Assembly (NCBI GenBank): GCA_964016885.1
Contig: OZ024760.1
Span: 28,458,001 to 28,522,000 of the forward strand
Length of the DNA stretch: 64,000 nucleotides
Reading direction: 5' to 3'
Source: Eledone cirrhosa
Taxonomy: Eukaryota
How positions within the stretch are numbered: the first letter of the stretch is position 1; every line of letters begins with the position of its first letter. Shown one piece after another: positions 53,723 to 64,000 of this stretch. The translations under genes and the position numbers were made by a program. The notes under the pieces are model-generated. The model was not told the DNA's origin and searched no databases. It saw only the letters and a list, made by a program, of their open reading frames with translations.

Positions 53723-53950
53723 CGATAGAGATAGTGAGAGAGAGAAATGGATACATAGATACATATAAATAGATGGATAGATAGAGAGAGAGAGAAAAGA
53801 ACAAAAAAGATTAAGAAAAAAAAACGTGGATATTTAGTCAACCATTGCTACGACTGTTACTACTACTGCTATTATTACTACTACTGCTACCACTGCTATT
53901 ACCACCAACACTACTATTACTACCACCACCACAACCACAACAACAGCAAA
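53682..53950. repeat. Compound microsatellites (TA)n/(GA)n/(GATA)n and (TAC)n/(CAC)n/(CAA)n
   Basis: Direct reading. Confidence 0.9.
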
Positions 53951-54231
53951 GACTAACCCTGTAGTAGAAAGTCTGAGTCATTCTCTCAGACTCCACACAG
54001 TACCAGATATCTTAGAAGACAATTTTTATCAAAGTAACAACATCAAAGAGTTTATATGGAAATAAATAACAGAATATTTGAATATTGAAAATAATGGATT
54101 AACGGAATAAATTGTTGCAGCCATGAGACATAAATTAATATTGATTTGAATCACAGAAAATATTGATTTTACATATTGGTATAACATATTGTTGCAAGAT
54201 AAAATATTCTTAGAAGGGAAAAGATTTAGAT

Positions 54232-54497
54232 TAGTCATGGGCAACCTGCGGTCTGCGAAGCTTTCTGAATAGCTCGCCTAAGTCACCTAAGTGAAATCTT
54301 TCTGATTTTTTTTACTCCAACCTTTCAGTTGTAATTTATCTTTATCATTTTTACGATCAAGGAAAACAACGTGTACGAATTGTGAAGAAACCATATTTTT
54401 TTAATATGGGCACGAATGTAAATTAGCACTTGCGGCCTGCCTGATGATGAGCCATATCTCATGCGGCCCACTTCTCAAAAAAGGTTGCCCATGCCTG
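54232..54497. mobile_element. hAT (Charlie-like) MITE
   Basis: TIRs TAGTCATGGGCAACCT / AGGTTGCCCATGCCTG. 8-bp TSD-like ATTTAGAT / GGTTAGAT, similar to the Charlie NTCTAGAN target preference. Confidence 0.8.
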
Positions 54498-54918
54498 GGT
54501 TAGATGATTAAAGAAGAACTGAAGAAATAAAACAATGAAAGGAAGGGAGGGACAGACTGTATATTTTAGTCTGAGTGGTATCTCTCATCTGCGTCCTGTC
54601 AACAAAATGGTGAAGGCATTGCCAAAGAGAATGGCCAGCGACACCCATTCTGTCACACAGGGGCCCCCTTCCTTAGGTGGGTGACAATTTTTCTCATTTT
54701 ACAAAGGAAAATGTCAATTTGGGGACCTAGGATACTTGAAGTCTCGACGGCAGCCAACATGAAAAGGAAGTAGTCTGTTAAGTCTTGCTGTTTGACAATT
54801 TATTCTCCTCTGCACTGCAAGTGCTTCAGTTTGTGGCCAAAGTAACGGCCAGAGGCAGAGAACATGTTACAGCACATGGCACCGCAGATTAGGGACTTTC
54901 AGCACCAGTTTGTATTAA

Positions 54919-55121
54919 CCCTCTAACATTTACATTACTCTATATTTACTATTGTATTTTCAGGGTAAAGGCTTTACCTCACATAATATCAAATTCTACG
55001 AGATTGTGATATTTATTTTGAGAACATTACCGTATCAGTATGAGTAGCCAGTTATGGCTGGTTTGAATAGAAAGAGGTGAGAGAATTCTGGCCGGATATG
55101 GCCGATTTAAATGCTAAAGGG
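54919..55121. mobile_element. piggyBac-type MITE
   Basis: TTAA-CCCTCTAACATTT ... AAATGCTAAAGGG-TTAA: TTAA TSD and CCCT/AGGG termini. Confidence 0.8.
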
Positions 55122-55676
55122 TTAATATTGTATATCGACTAAAGTATGCTCACTTCATCCTTTACATATCCTCTGCATATGCTGCCCATGCAGCAGAATC
55201 ACACATCACATACAGGCACCATACATTTGTTGTCTCCTTGAATTACACACAAACACACTTTTCTCATCTCTATTTGTTGTCTCCTTCAACTATGTGTGTG
55301 TACTCACACACGCACATACACACACTTTTCTTAACACAGAAAATATACCAAAGAAATTAAAAGAATAAAATTTGTTTATTAGATTTTACACAATATAAAA
55401 ACTTTTGATTGAGGTTCCATTAGTAAGAATTCAAAGATTTAAAGGTAAAAAAGAATTTTATTAAAATTAATTAAAATCAAAATCGGTCAAATAATGATAT
55501 GATGGTGACAAAGTTGACAGCAATATTGATTTTAATATGGAATATATAAATATTAGTAACAGCAGCCAAATAATCCCACACTCATTGTCAGGCTTCCAAA
55601 TATCTTAACTTATTTCCTAGTTACATTTGTATTTCTTATTGCACAATGCTTCAAGCAAGCTACAACACTGTTATAT

Positions 55677-55748
55677 GGTCTGAGAATTGAACTCACAACC
55701 TCACAATTGCAAGCCCAACACTCTAACCACTAAGCCACACACCTTCAC
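55677..55748 (-). mobile_element. tRNA-derived SINE head
   Basis: Reverse complement GTGAAGGTGTGTGGCTTAGTGGTTAGAG...GAGTTCAATTCTCAGACC has A and B boxes and is homologous to 55778 and 57908. Confidence 0.85.
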
Positions 55749-55777
55749 TATATTATAATATATATCTTCATCACTAT

Positions 55778-56925
55778 GTGAAGGTACATGGCTTAGTCTT
55801 TAGAGCGTCGGGCTTACAATCGTGAGGTTGTGAGTTTGATACTCAGACCAGGCTGTGCGTTGTGTCCTTGAGCAAGACACTTTATTTCACATTGCTCCAG
55901 TTCACTCAGCTGCAGAAATGAGTTGTGACATCACTGGTGCCAAGCTGCATCAGCCATTGCCTTTCCCTTGGACAACATATATATAGTGTATATATAGGGC
56001 ATATATATACACAGTATATATATATATATATATATACACAGTATATATATATATATATAGTGTATATATAATGTATATATAGTCAGTGGCAGACTGGGCC
56101 TAAAATTATTGGTTGTCAGATGAAGGGGGCCCACCTACATATAGAATGCTATCATTTAATTTTTATAATTAATAAATAATATTTTTGAAAAATACATAAG
56201 TGGAAACAAAACAGTGCAATCAAATTTTTGCAGAAAAATATCTTACCACCTCCAATAAAAAATATTATGTATTTTGTGAAATTCAGAGACTTTGAATAAC
56301 GACCAGAAGTCGACCCTAAATATTACTAATAGCTCTAGGAAAGCCATGAATGACACCACAACTTTTAACTTTGATTTTGAAAGTAGGTTTATAATTATCA
56401 ATTTTCATTATACTTTTGTAGCTGTCTTGGTGGCCTAGTTAGAGGAATCATAGACGGTGGTGATCCTGGTGGGGAGTAGGGTTCCCAGTAAACCTTTTCA
56501 ATTTTTTCTATTGGTTGTAAAATAAAAACTGAAAAAAGGTTACATGTACCTCTCAACCAGGATCTCCACTGCCTCTAGTACCTACCGCTGGGACTCACTG
56601 GCCATTGGGCAACCTGGCCAGTCTGCCACTGTATATAGTATACATAATGTATATTCAGTGTATATATAATGTATATATAATGTATATACAGTGTATATAT
56701 AATGTATATACAGTGTATATATACATGTTGTCATGTCACTGGTAGCAAGCAGCATGGGCATTTGCCTTTTCCTTGGACATCATCGGTGGCGTGAAGAGAG
56801 ATGAGATTGGTATCCATGGGCGACTGTTGGTCTTTAACAAACAACCTTGCTCGGACTTATGCCTCAGAGGGGAACTTTCTAGGTTCAAATCCTAGGGTCA
56901 TTTATGACCGAAGGGGGTCTTAGCA
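55778..56925 (+). mobile_element. tRNA-head CORE-like SINE interrupted (55979-56726) by a TA-rich tract and a hAT element
   Basis: A/B boxes, then TGTGTCCTTGAGCAAGACACTT...CAGTTCACTCAGCTGCAGAAATGAG, resembling the CORE domain of MIR-type SINEs. The body resumes at 56727. Confidence 0.8.
56084..56631. mobile_element. Non-autonomous hAT element, 548 bp
   Basis: Perfect 14-bp TIR CAGTGGCAGACTGG / CCAGTCTGCCACTG and perfect 8-bp TSD TATATAGT (56076-83 / 56632-39). Confidence 0.92.
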
Positions 56926-56954
56926 TCACTTTTATATCCATGTCCACTTTTCCT

Positions 56955-57257
56955 GTGAATAAGAGGAACAAACTGTAGTGTGTGGGAGAGAAGACTGCAC
57001 TGGTATGGACATGTGATGCACATGGAGGATGACTGCTGGGTAAAGAAGTGCCAAGAAATCCCAGTGGAAGGAAGACACAGTAGAGGAAGACCACAAAAAT
57101 CATGGGCGGAGGTGGTGAGAGCTGATCTCAGATAGGTGAAACTCACTGAGGAGATGACGAAGGACCGTGACAAGTGGAGAGATGCTGTGCTGAATAGGAC
57201 CCATCCCACCCTTGCAAGCAGGGAAAAGTGGATGCAAGATGATGATGATGATGATGG
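56955..57257 (+). mobile_element. RTE LINE 3' fragment
   Basis: ERRLHWYGHVMHMEDDCWVKKC...RGRPQKSW...EEMTKDRDKWR, followed by a (GAT)n tail. Confidence 0.9.
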
Positions 57258-57466
57258 TGGACGGGTCCTCTCCCAACACAACCTGTTATTATTGTGTTCT
57301 TTTGTCTTAATCCCCTTTCTGAGATTCAGCATCCTGGAATAGATCATCTTTCACCTCCAAAAAACTTGCTTAGTCTTCTTCCTTTGCAGCTTCCTTCCAT
57401 TTGGAACTCTTAGGACATCTTTACCCTACTATCATCATCATCATCCATACACATTACATGTCGACA

Positions 57467-57597
57467 TCAGCTGAAGCTCACAGAGGAGATGACGAAGGAC
57501 CATGATGAATGGAGAGATGCTGTGCTGAAAAGGACTCAACCCAGCCTTGCAAGCAGGGAAATGCGGACGTAAAATGGTGATGATGATGATGATGATG
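57467..57597 (+). mobile_element. Short RTE LINE 3' fragment
   Basis: Homologous to 57135-57257. Ends GGACGTAAAATGGT(GAT)n. Confidence 0.85.
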
Positions 57598-57656
57598 AGC
57601 ACAGCCTGCACTCTTCCACACAACTTCTGATACATACACACATACATATATTAGAA

Positions 57657-57740
57657 AGTCTGGGCCCGACAGCTGAGCTCTTCCCATTTTGACAGGACTA
57701 GCTGTCGAAACGGCAAGAGCTCAGCTGTTGGGTCCAGACT
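57657..57740. repeat. 84-bp imperfect hairpin / tiny MITE-like element
   Basis: AGTCTGGGCCCGACAGCTGAGCTCTT...GACAG pairs with CTGTC...AAGAGCTCAGCTGTTGGGTCCAGACT. Confidence 0.75.
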
Positions 57741-57800
57741 AACTTATTCACACTCACTATCCCAAGTATTGAGTACTCTGTTGAATAATGGTCTAACTAG

Positions 57801-58248
<448 letters not shown>

Positions 58249-58355
58249 TATATACACACACACACACACACACAGAGTAATTATATATATACATACATAT
58301 GCCACAGACGAGAACACCTGCCCGAGGTAATGTCATACAGTTGGACCAAACTCAG

Positions 58356-58770
58356 AACCATGTGGTAGCAAAGCCAACTTTTTAAACCATGTGGTAGCAA
58401 AGCCAACTTTTTAAACCATGTGGTAGCAAAGCCACCCTTTTAAACCATGTGGTAGCAAAGCCAACTTTTTAAACCATGTGGTAGCAAAGCCACCCTTTTA
58501 AACCATGTGGTAGCAAAGCCAACTTTTTAAACCATGTGGTAGCAAAGCCAACTTTTTAAACCATGTGGTAGCAAAGCCACCCTTTTAAACCATGTGGTAG
58601 CAAAGCCAACTTTTTAAACCATGTGGTAGCAAAGCCACCCTTTTAAACCATGTGGTAGCAAAGCCACCCTTTTAAACCATGTGGTAGCAAAGCCAACTTT
58701 TTAAACCATGTGGTAGCAAAGCCACCCTTTTAAAGGATGTGGTAGCAAAGCCAACTTTTTATACCATGTG
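58356..58770. repeat. 29-bp minisatellite (~14 copies) inside a minus-strand SINE head, probably in the TM2D1 3' UTR
   Basis: Unit AACCATGTGGTAGCAAAGCCA(A/C)C(T/C)TTTTA. The flanks 58300-58355 and 58770-58782 read as a degraded tRNA-SINE head on the minus strand. Confidence 0.92.
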
Positions 58771-58917
58771 GCTTTGCCTGCATCATTTCTATATATGACA
58801 TTACACCATGTCATCTCTGATGGTATTACACAAGAGTGGGTAATGCTTTCAGTACACTGTGACAATAAGGAGGAGAAGAAGAGTCTGAGAGGGGGGAGAT
58901 GTGACAGTTGGCGTTAA

Positions 58918-59025
58918 TTAGTAGCTTGGTGGTTTGATGTAGGTCTTGTTATCCATCGACAATCTCGTTAAAACTGGTCCATAATAATCAATTACGTAAT
59001 CTGATCCATCGGCTGGTTTCACAAC
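58918..59025 (-). CDS. TM2D1: TM2D1 last coding exon (VVKPADGSDYVIDYYGPVLTRLSMDNKTYIKPPSY*)
   Basis: Acceptor TCCTTATTTTTCCAG|GTT, phase 0, TAA at 58920-58918. Matches the recalled TM2D1 C-terminus (VGPSDGSSYIIDYYGTRLTRLS). Confidence 0.93.
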   Translation of the reverse strand, partial: VVKPADGSDYVIDYYGPVLTRLSMDNKTYIKPPSY

Positions 59026-59329
59026 CTGGAAAAATAAGGAGAAAATTAAAACAAGATCATTTCAGGTTGATCCTTTAAGACCTTCACAGGGATACTCCCT
59101 TGATAATGTGTTTTTAAACCCAAAAATATTTGGGATTATTAAATTTGCTAAGGTAAGATTTTATTGGCACCTTTAATTTTCTAATGCATTGTAGGGTTTT
59201 CAAAATTATTTAAATGTACAAGATCAGTATAATTTGTGTCAAATATGAAATAGAAACAGTTGAAAATAAAACAAACAATTGATGTGTTCTTCCCTGGTTT
59301 ACGTGTCTGAAATATGTATGTGTGGAGTT

Positions 59330-59693
59330 GTTATAGTAGCAAACTCGACTCCTCGACTGGGTTGTGTTGTGTTTTTGAGAAAAAACATTTCATTTCACAT
59401 TGCTCCAGTATACTCAGCTGAAAATGAGTACCAGTAATAGTTGGGGGGTTCAACTCTTAGATGGATTGGTGTCTGGTTCACGGGGGAGTCTTGTACTCTC
59501 AGTCACTTGATGCCATGGAGACCAGGATAAGCACCGGCCTGATGGCCTTCTAGGCTTGAGACAGACTTGAACCCTGCGATGAACTGGTCCCTTGTCCAGG
59601 GGGGAGTCTTGTACTCTCAGTCACTTAATGCCACGGAAGCTGGGATAAGCACCAGCCTGATAAACCTCGAAGACTGTGACAGACTTTAGACTT
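59330..59693 (+). mobile_element. CORE-like SINE with ~120-bp internal tandem duplication, within a TM2D1 intron
   Basis: TTTCACATTGCTCCAGTATACTCAGCTGAAAATGAG CORE-like block. GGGGGAGTCTTGTACTCTCAGTCACTT occurs at ~59482 and ~59601. Confidence 0.75.
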
Positions 59694-59761
59694 TTAGAGA
59701 GAAACATTACATTATATAAAGTGTTATGTTGACAGAGTAAATAAATAGCTCGTTATATTAC

Positions 59762-59835
59762 CTGGGTAGCAATCAGTAAAATGTCAATTAACTGTCCGAG
59801 AAACATAAATCCAAGAGTTGAGAACTTGAGCAAAC
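59762..59835 (-). CDS. TM2D1: TM2D1 penultimate coding exon, 74 bp (G-LLKFSTLGFMFLGQLIDILLIATQ)
   Basis: Acceptor TTCTATTCCCTCTAG|GT and donor CAG|GTAAT. Phases join correctly with both neighbouring exons. Encodes the second TM2 helix. Confidence 0.95.
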
Positions 59836-59878
59836 CTAGAGGGAATAGAAGTAAAGATTTTATTACAAATAAAACAAC

Positions 59879-61037
59879 AAAAAGCACCTGGTTCACCCTG
59901 TAGGGTGGTTGTGTTGGTGATATGATGAAAAATACCCTGTAGGGTGGTTGTGCTGGTGATATGATGACAAAGTACCCAGTCCACCCTGTAAGGTGGTTGT
60001 GCTGGTGATATGATGACAAAGTACCCAGTCTAATCTGTAAGGTGGTTGTGCTGATGATATGATGACAAAGTACCCAGTCTACCCTGTAAGGTGGTTGTGC
60101 TGGTGATATGATGACAAAGTACCCAGTCCACCCTGTAAGGTGGTTGTGCTGGTGACATGATGAACATGTACCAAATCCACCCTGTAAGGTGGTTGTGCTG
60201 GTGATATGATGACAAAGTACCCAGTCTACCCTGTAAGGTGGTTGTGCTGGTGACATAACAAAGTACCCAGTCCACCCTGTAAGGTGGTTGTGCTGGTGAC
60301 ATGATGAACATGTACCAAATCCACCCTGTAAGGTGGTTGTGCTGGTGATATGATGACAAAGTACCCAGTCTACCCTGTAAGGTGGTTGTGCTGGTGACAT
60401 AAAGTACCCAGTCCACCCTGTAAGGTGGTTGTGCTGGTGACATGATGAACATGTACCAAGTCCACCCTGTAAGGTGGTTGTGCTGGTGATATGATGACAA
60501 AGTACCCAGTCTACCCTGTAAGGTGGTTGTGCTGGTGACATAACAAAGTACCCAGTCCACCCTGTAAGGTGGTTGTGCTGGTGACATGATGAACATGTAC
60601 CAAATCCACCCTGTAAGGTGGTTGTGCTGGTGATATGATGACAAAGTACCCAGTCTACCCTGTAAGGTGGTTGTGCTGGTGACATAACAAAGTACCCAGT
60701 CCACCCCGTAAGGTGGTTGTGCTGGTGACATGATGAACATGTACCAAATCCACCCTGTAAGGTGGTTGTGCTGGTGATATAATGACAAAGTACCCAGTCT
60801 ACCCTGTAAGTTGGTTGTGCTGGTGACATGATGACAAAGTACCCAGTCCACCCTGTAAGGTGGTTGTGCTGGTGACATGATGAACATGTACCAAATCCAC
60901 CCTGTAAGGTGGTTGTGCTGGTGATATAATGACAAAGTACCCAGTCTACCCCGTAAGGGGGTTGTGCTGGTGACATGATGAACATGGACGTTAAATGGTG
61001 ATGATATATGATGGACTAGTAGTAGTAGTAGTAGTAG
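59879..61037 (+). repeat. 49-bp minisatellite (~22-23 copies, ~144-bp trimeric higher order) grown inside an RTE-tail retroposon; fills a TM2D1 intron
   Basis: Unit TACCCAGTCCACCCTGTAAGGTGGTTGTGCTGGTGATATGATGACAAAG. The GAACATG variant recurs at 60162, 60306, 60447, 60591, 60735 and 60882. The array ends in GGACGTTAAATGGTGATGAT + (TAG)n. Confidence 0.93.
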
Positions 61038-61045
61038 CAACTTAC

Positions 61046-61137
61046 CAATAGCAGGGTAACCAAGATAAAACCTGTCAACACCAAACATACCGAGGAATAT
61101 TGATAAGAGTAAAGATGTTTCAAAAGAGTGACCATTC
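61046..61137 (-). CDS. TM2D1: TM2D1 TM2-domain exon, 92 bp (NGHSFETSLLLSIFLGMFGVDRFYLGYPAI-G)
   Basis: Acceptor TTTTTCCTCCTCCTCAG|G and donor G|GTAAGT. TM2 signature LS.FLG..G.DRFYLG, with YPA.G typical of TM2D1. Upstream exons lie beyond the window. Confidence 0.95.
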
Positions 61138-61160
61138 CTGAGGAGGAGGAAAAACAGAAG

Positions 61161-64000
61161 AAAAACTGTCAAGATTGGACCAATAGTTATATTGATAGAA
61201 AAACTGTTAAGATTGGACCAATAGTTATATTGATAGAAAAACTGTCAAGATTGGACCAATAGTTATATTGATAGAAAAACTGTCAAGATTGGACCAATAG
61301 TTATATTGATAGAAAAACTGTCAAGATTGGACCAATGGTTATATTGATAGAAAAACTGTCAAGATTGGACCAATAGTTATATTGATAGAAAAACTGTCAA
61401 GATTGGACCAATAGTTATATTGATAGAAAAACTGTCAAGATTGGACCAATAGTTATATTGATAGAAAAACTGTCAAGATTGGACCAATAGTTATATTGAT
61501 AGAAAAACTGTCAAGATTGGACCAATAGTTATATTGATAGAAAAACTGTCAAGATTGGACCAATAGTTATATTGATAGAAAAACTGTCAAGATTGGACCA
61601 ATAGTTATATTGATAGAAAAACTGTCAAGATTGGACCAATGGTTATATTGATAGAAAAACTGTCAAGATTGGACCAATAGTTATATTGATAGAAAAACTG
61701 TCAAGATTGGACCAATAGTTATATTGATAGAAAAACTGTCAAGATTGGACCAATAGTTATATTGATAGAAAAACTGTCAAGATTGGACCAATAGTTATAT
61801 TGATAGAAAAACTGTCAAGATTGGACCAATGGTTATATTGATAGAAAAACTGTCAAGATTGGACCAATGGTTATATTGATAGAAAAACTGTCAAGATTGG
61901 ACCAATAGTTATATTGATAGAAAAACTGTCAAGATTGGACCAATGGTTATATTGATAGAAAAACTGTCAAGACTGGACCAATGGTTACATTGATAGAAAA
62001 ACTGTCAAGATTGGACCAATAGTTATATTGATAGAAAAGCTGTCAAGATTGGACCAATAGTTATATTGATAGAAAAACTGTCAAGATTGGACCAATAGTT
62101 ATATTGATAGAAAAACTGTCAAGATTGGACCAATGGTTATATTGATAGAAAAACTGTCAAGATTGGACCAATGGTTATATTGATAGAAAAACTGTCAAGA
62201 TTGGACCAATGGTTATATTGATAGAAAAACTGTCAAGATTGGACCAATGGTTATATTGATAGAAAAACTGTCAAGATTGGACCAATGGTTATATTGATAG
62301 AAAAACTGTCAAGATTGGACCAATGGTTATATTGATAGAAAAACTGTCAAGATTGGACCAATGGTTATATTGATAGAAAAACTGTCAAGATTGGACCAAT
62401 GGTTATATTGATAGAAAAACTGTCAAGATTGGACCAATGGTTATATTGATAGAAAAACTGTCAAGATTGGACCAATGGTTATATTGATAGAAAAACTGTC
62501 AAGATTGGACCAATGGTTATATTGATAGAAAAACTGTCAAGATTGGACCAATGGTTATATTGATAGAAAAACTGTCAAGATTGGACCAATGGTTATATTG
62601 ATAGAAAAACTGTCAAGATTGGACCAATGGTTATATTGATAGAAAAACTGTCAAGATTGGACCAATGGTTATATTGATAGAAAAACTGTCAAGATTGGAC
62701 CAATGGTTATATTGATAGAAAAACTGTCAAGATTGGACCAATGGTTATATTGATAGAAAAACTGTCAAGATTGGACCAATGGTTATATTGATAGAAAAAC
62801 TGTCAAGATTGGACCAATGGTTATATTGATAGAAAAACTGTCAAGATTGGACCAATGGTTATATTGATAGAAAAACTGTCAAGATTGGACCAATGGTTAT
62901 ATTGATAGAAAAACTGTCAAGATTGGACCAATGGTTATATTGATAGAAAAACTGTCAAGATTGGACCAATGGTTATATTGATAGAAAAACTGTCAAGATT
63001 GGACCAATGGTTATATTGATAGAAAAACTGTCAAGATTGGACCAATGGTTATATTGATAGAAAAACTGTCAAGATTGGACCAATGGTTATATTGATAGAA
63101 AAACTGTCAAGATTGGACCAATGGTTATATTGATAGAAAAACTGTCAAGATTGGACCAATGGTTATATTGATAGAAAAACTGTCAAGATTGGACCAATGG
63201 TTATATTGATAGAAAAACTGTCAAGATTGGACCAATGGTTATATTGATAGAAAAACTGTCAAGATTGGACCAATAGTTATATTGATAGAAAAACTGTCAA
63301 GATTGGACCAATGGTTATATTGATAGAAAAACTGTCAAGATTGGACCAATGGTTATATTGATAGAAAAACTGTCAAGATTGGACCAATGGTTATATTGAT
63401 AGAAAAACTGTCAAGATTGGACCAATGGTTATATTGATAGAAAAACTGTCAAGATTGGACCAATGGTTATATTGATAGAAAAACTGTCAAGATTGGACCA
63501 ATGGTTATATTGATAGAAAAACTGTCAAGATTGGACCAATAGTTATATTGATAGAAAAACTGTCAAGATTGGACCAATGGTTATATTGATAGAAAAACTG
63601 TCAAGACTGGACCAATAGTTACATTGATGAAAAACTGTCAAGATTGGACCAATAGTTACATTGATAGAAAAACTGTCAAGATTGGACCAATAGTTATATT
63701 GATAGAAAAACTGTCAAGATTGGACCAATAGTTATATTGATAGAAAAACTGTCAAGATTGGACCAATGGTTATATTGATAGAAAAACTGTCAAGACTGGA
63801 CCAATGGTTACATTGATAGAAAAACTGTCAAGATTGGACCAATAGTTATATTGATAGAAAAGCTGTCAAGATTGGACCAATAGTTATATTGATAGAAAAA
63901 CTGTCAAGATTGGACCAATGGTTATATTGATAGAAAAACTGTCAAGATTGGACCAATGGTTATATTGATAGAAAAACTGTCAAGATTGGACCAATGGTTA
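61161..64000. repeat. 38-bp intronic satellite AAAAACTGTCAAGATTGGACCAAT(A/G)GTTATATTGATAG, >=74 copies, open at right edge
   Basis: Direct reading; period 38 (61161 to 61199). Confidence 0.99.

Noticed and set aside
55340-55600. TM2D1 poly(A) signal (AATAAA on the minus strand at 55375-55380)
   Set aside because: Plausible, but AATAAA is frequent in this AT-rich DNA and it cannot be assigned without transcript data.
55778-55849. tRNA genes (also 57908, 55677, 48443)
   Set aside because: A/B boxes are present but the cloverleaf is broken and they continue into SINE bodies.
59753-61172. 410-aa and 380-aa ORFs as stand-alone genes
   Set aside because: They are minisatellite read-through. Only the embedded 74-bp and 92-bp segments with proper splice sites are TM2D1 coding.

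Overview
Eukaryotic, repeat-rich animal DNA. The tRNA/CORE-type SINEs and RTE-clade LINEs with (GAT)n tails look like those of octopus/coleoid cephalopods (inference from recalled repeat families). Bases 1-46,366 are one uninterrupted 40/42-bp satellite (~1,140 monomers, continuing off the left edge) with nested higher-order duplications. Its right boundary runs into what looks like a decayed RTE LINE ORF from which the monomer seems to derive. The remaining ~17.6 kb holds two minus-strand genes in tandem. The first is the last three coding exons of TM2D1 (61137-61046, 59835-59762, 59025-58918; clean splice sites and frame). The second is a probable first coding exon of MYSM1 (49406-49354, MADDVEIDVEGDFDFKL), which would put the giant satellite inside an intron. 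Between them are truncated RTE LINEs, SINEs, hAT- and piggyBac-type MITEs, several fold-back palindromes and three more tandem arrays (29, 49 and 38 bp). Main observations: (1) a 364-bp palindrome carrying two inverted minimal hammerhead-ribozyme motifs (Penelope/retrozyme-like); (2) most tandem arrays can be traced to a piece of the retroposon they sit in; (3) a TM2D1 exon whose likely branch point lies inside a satellite monomer. Almost all ORFs in the supplied track are repeat artefacts.
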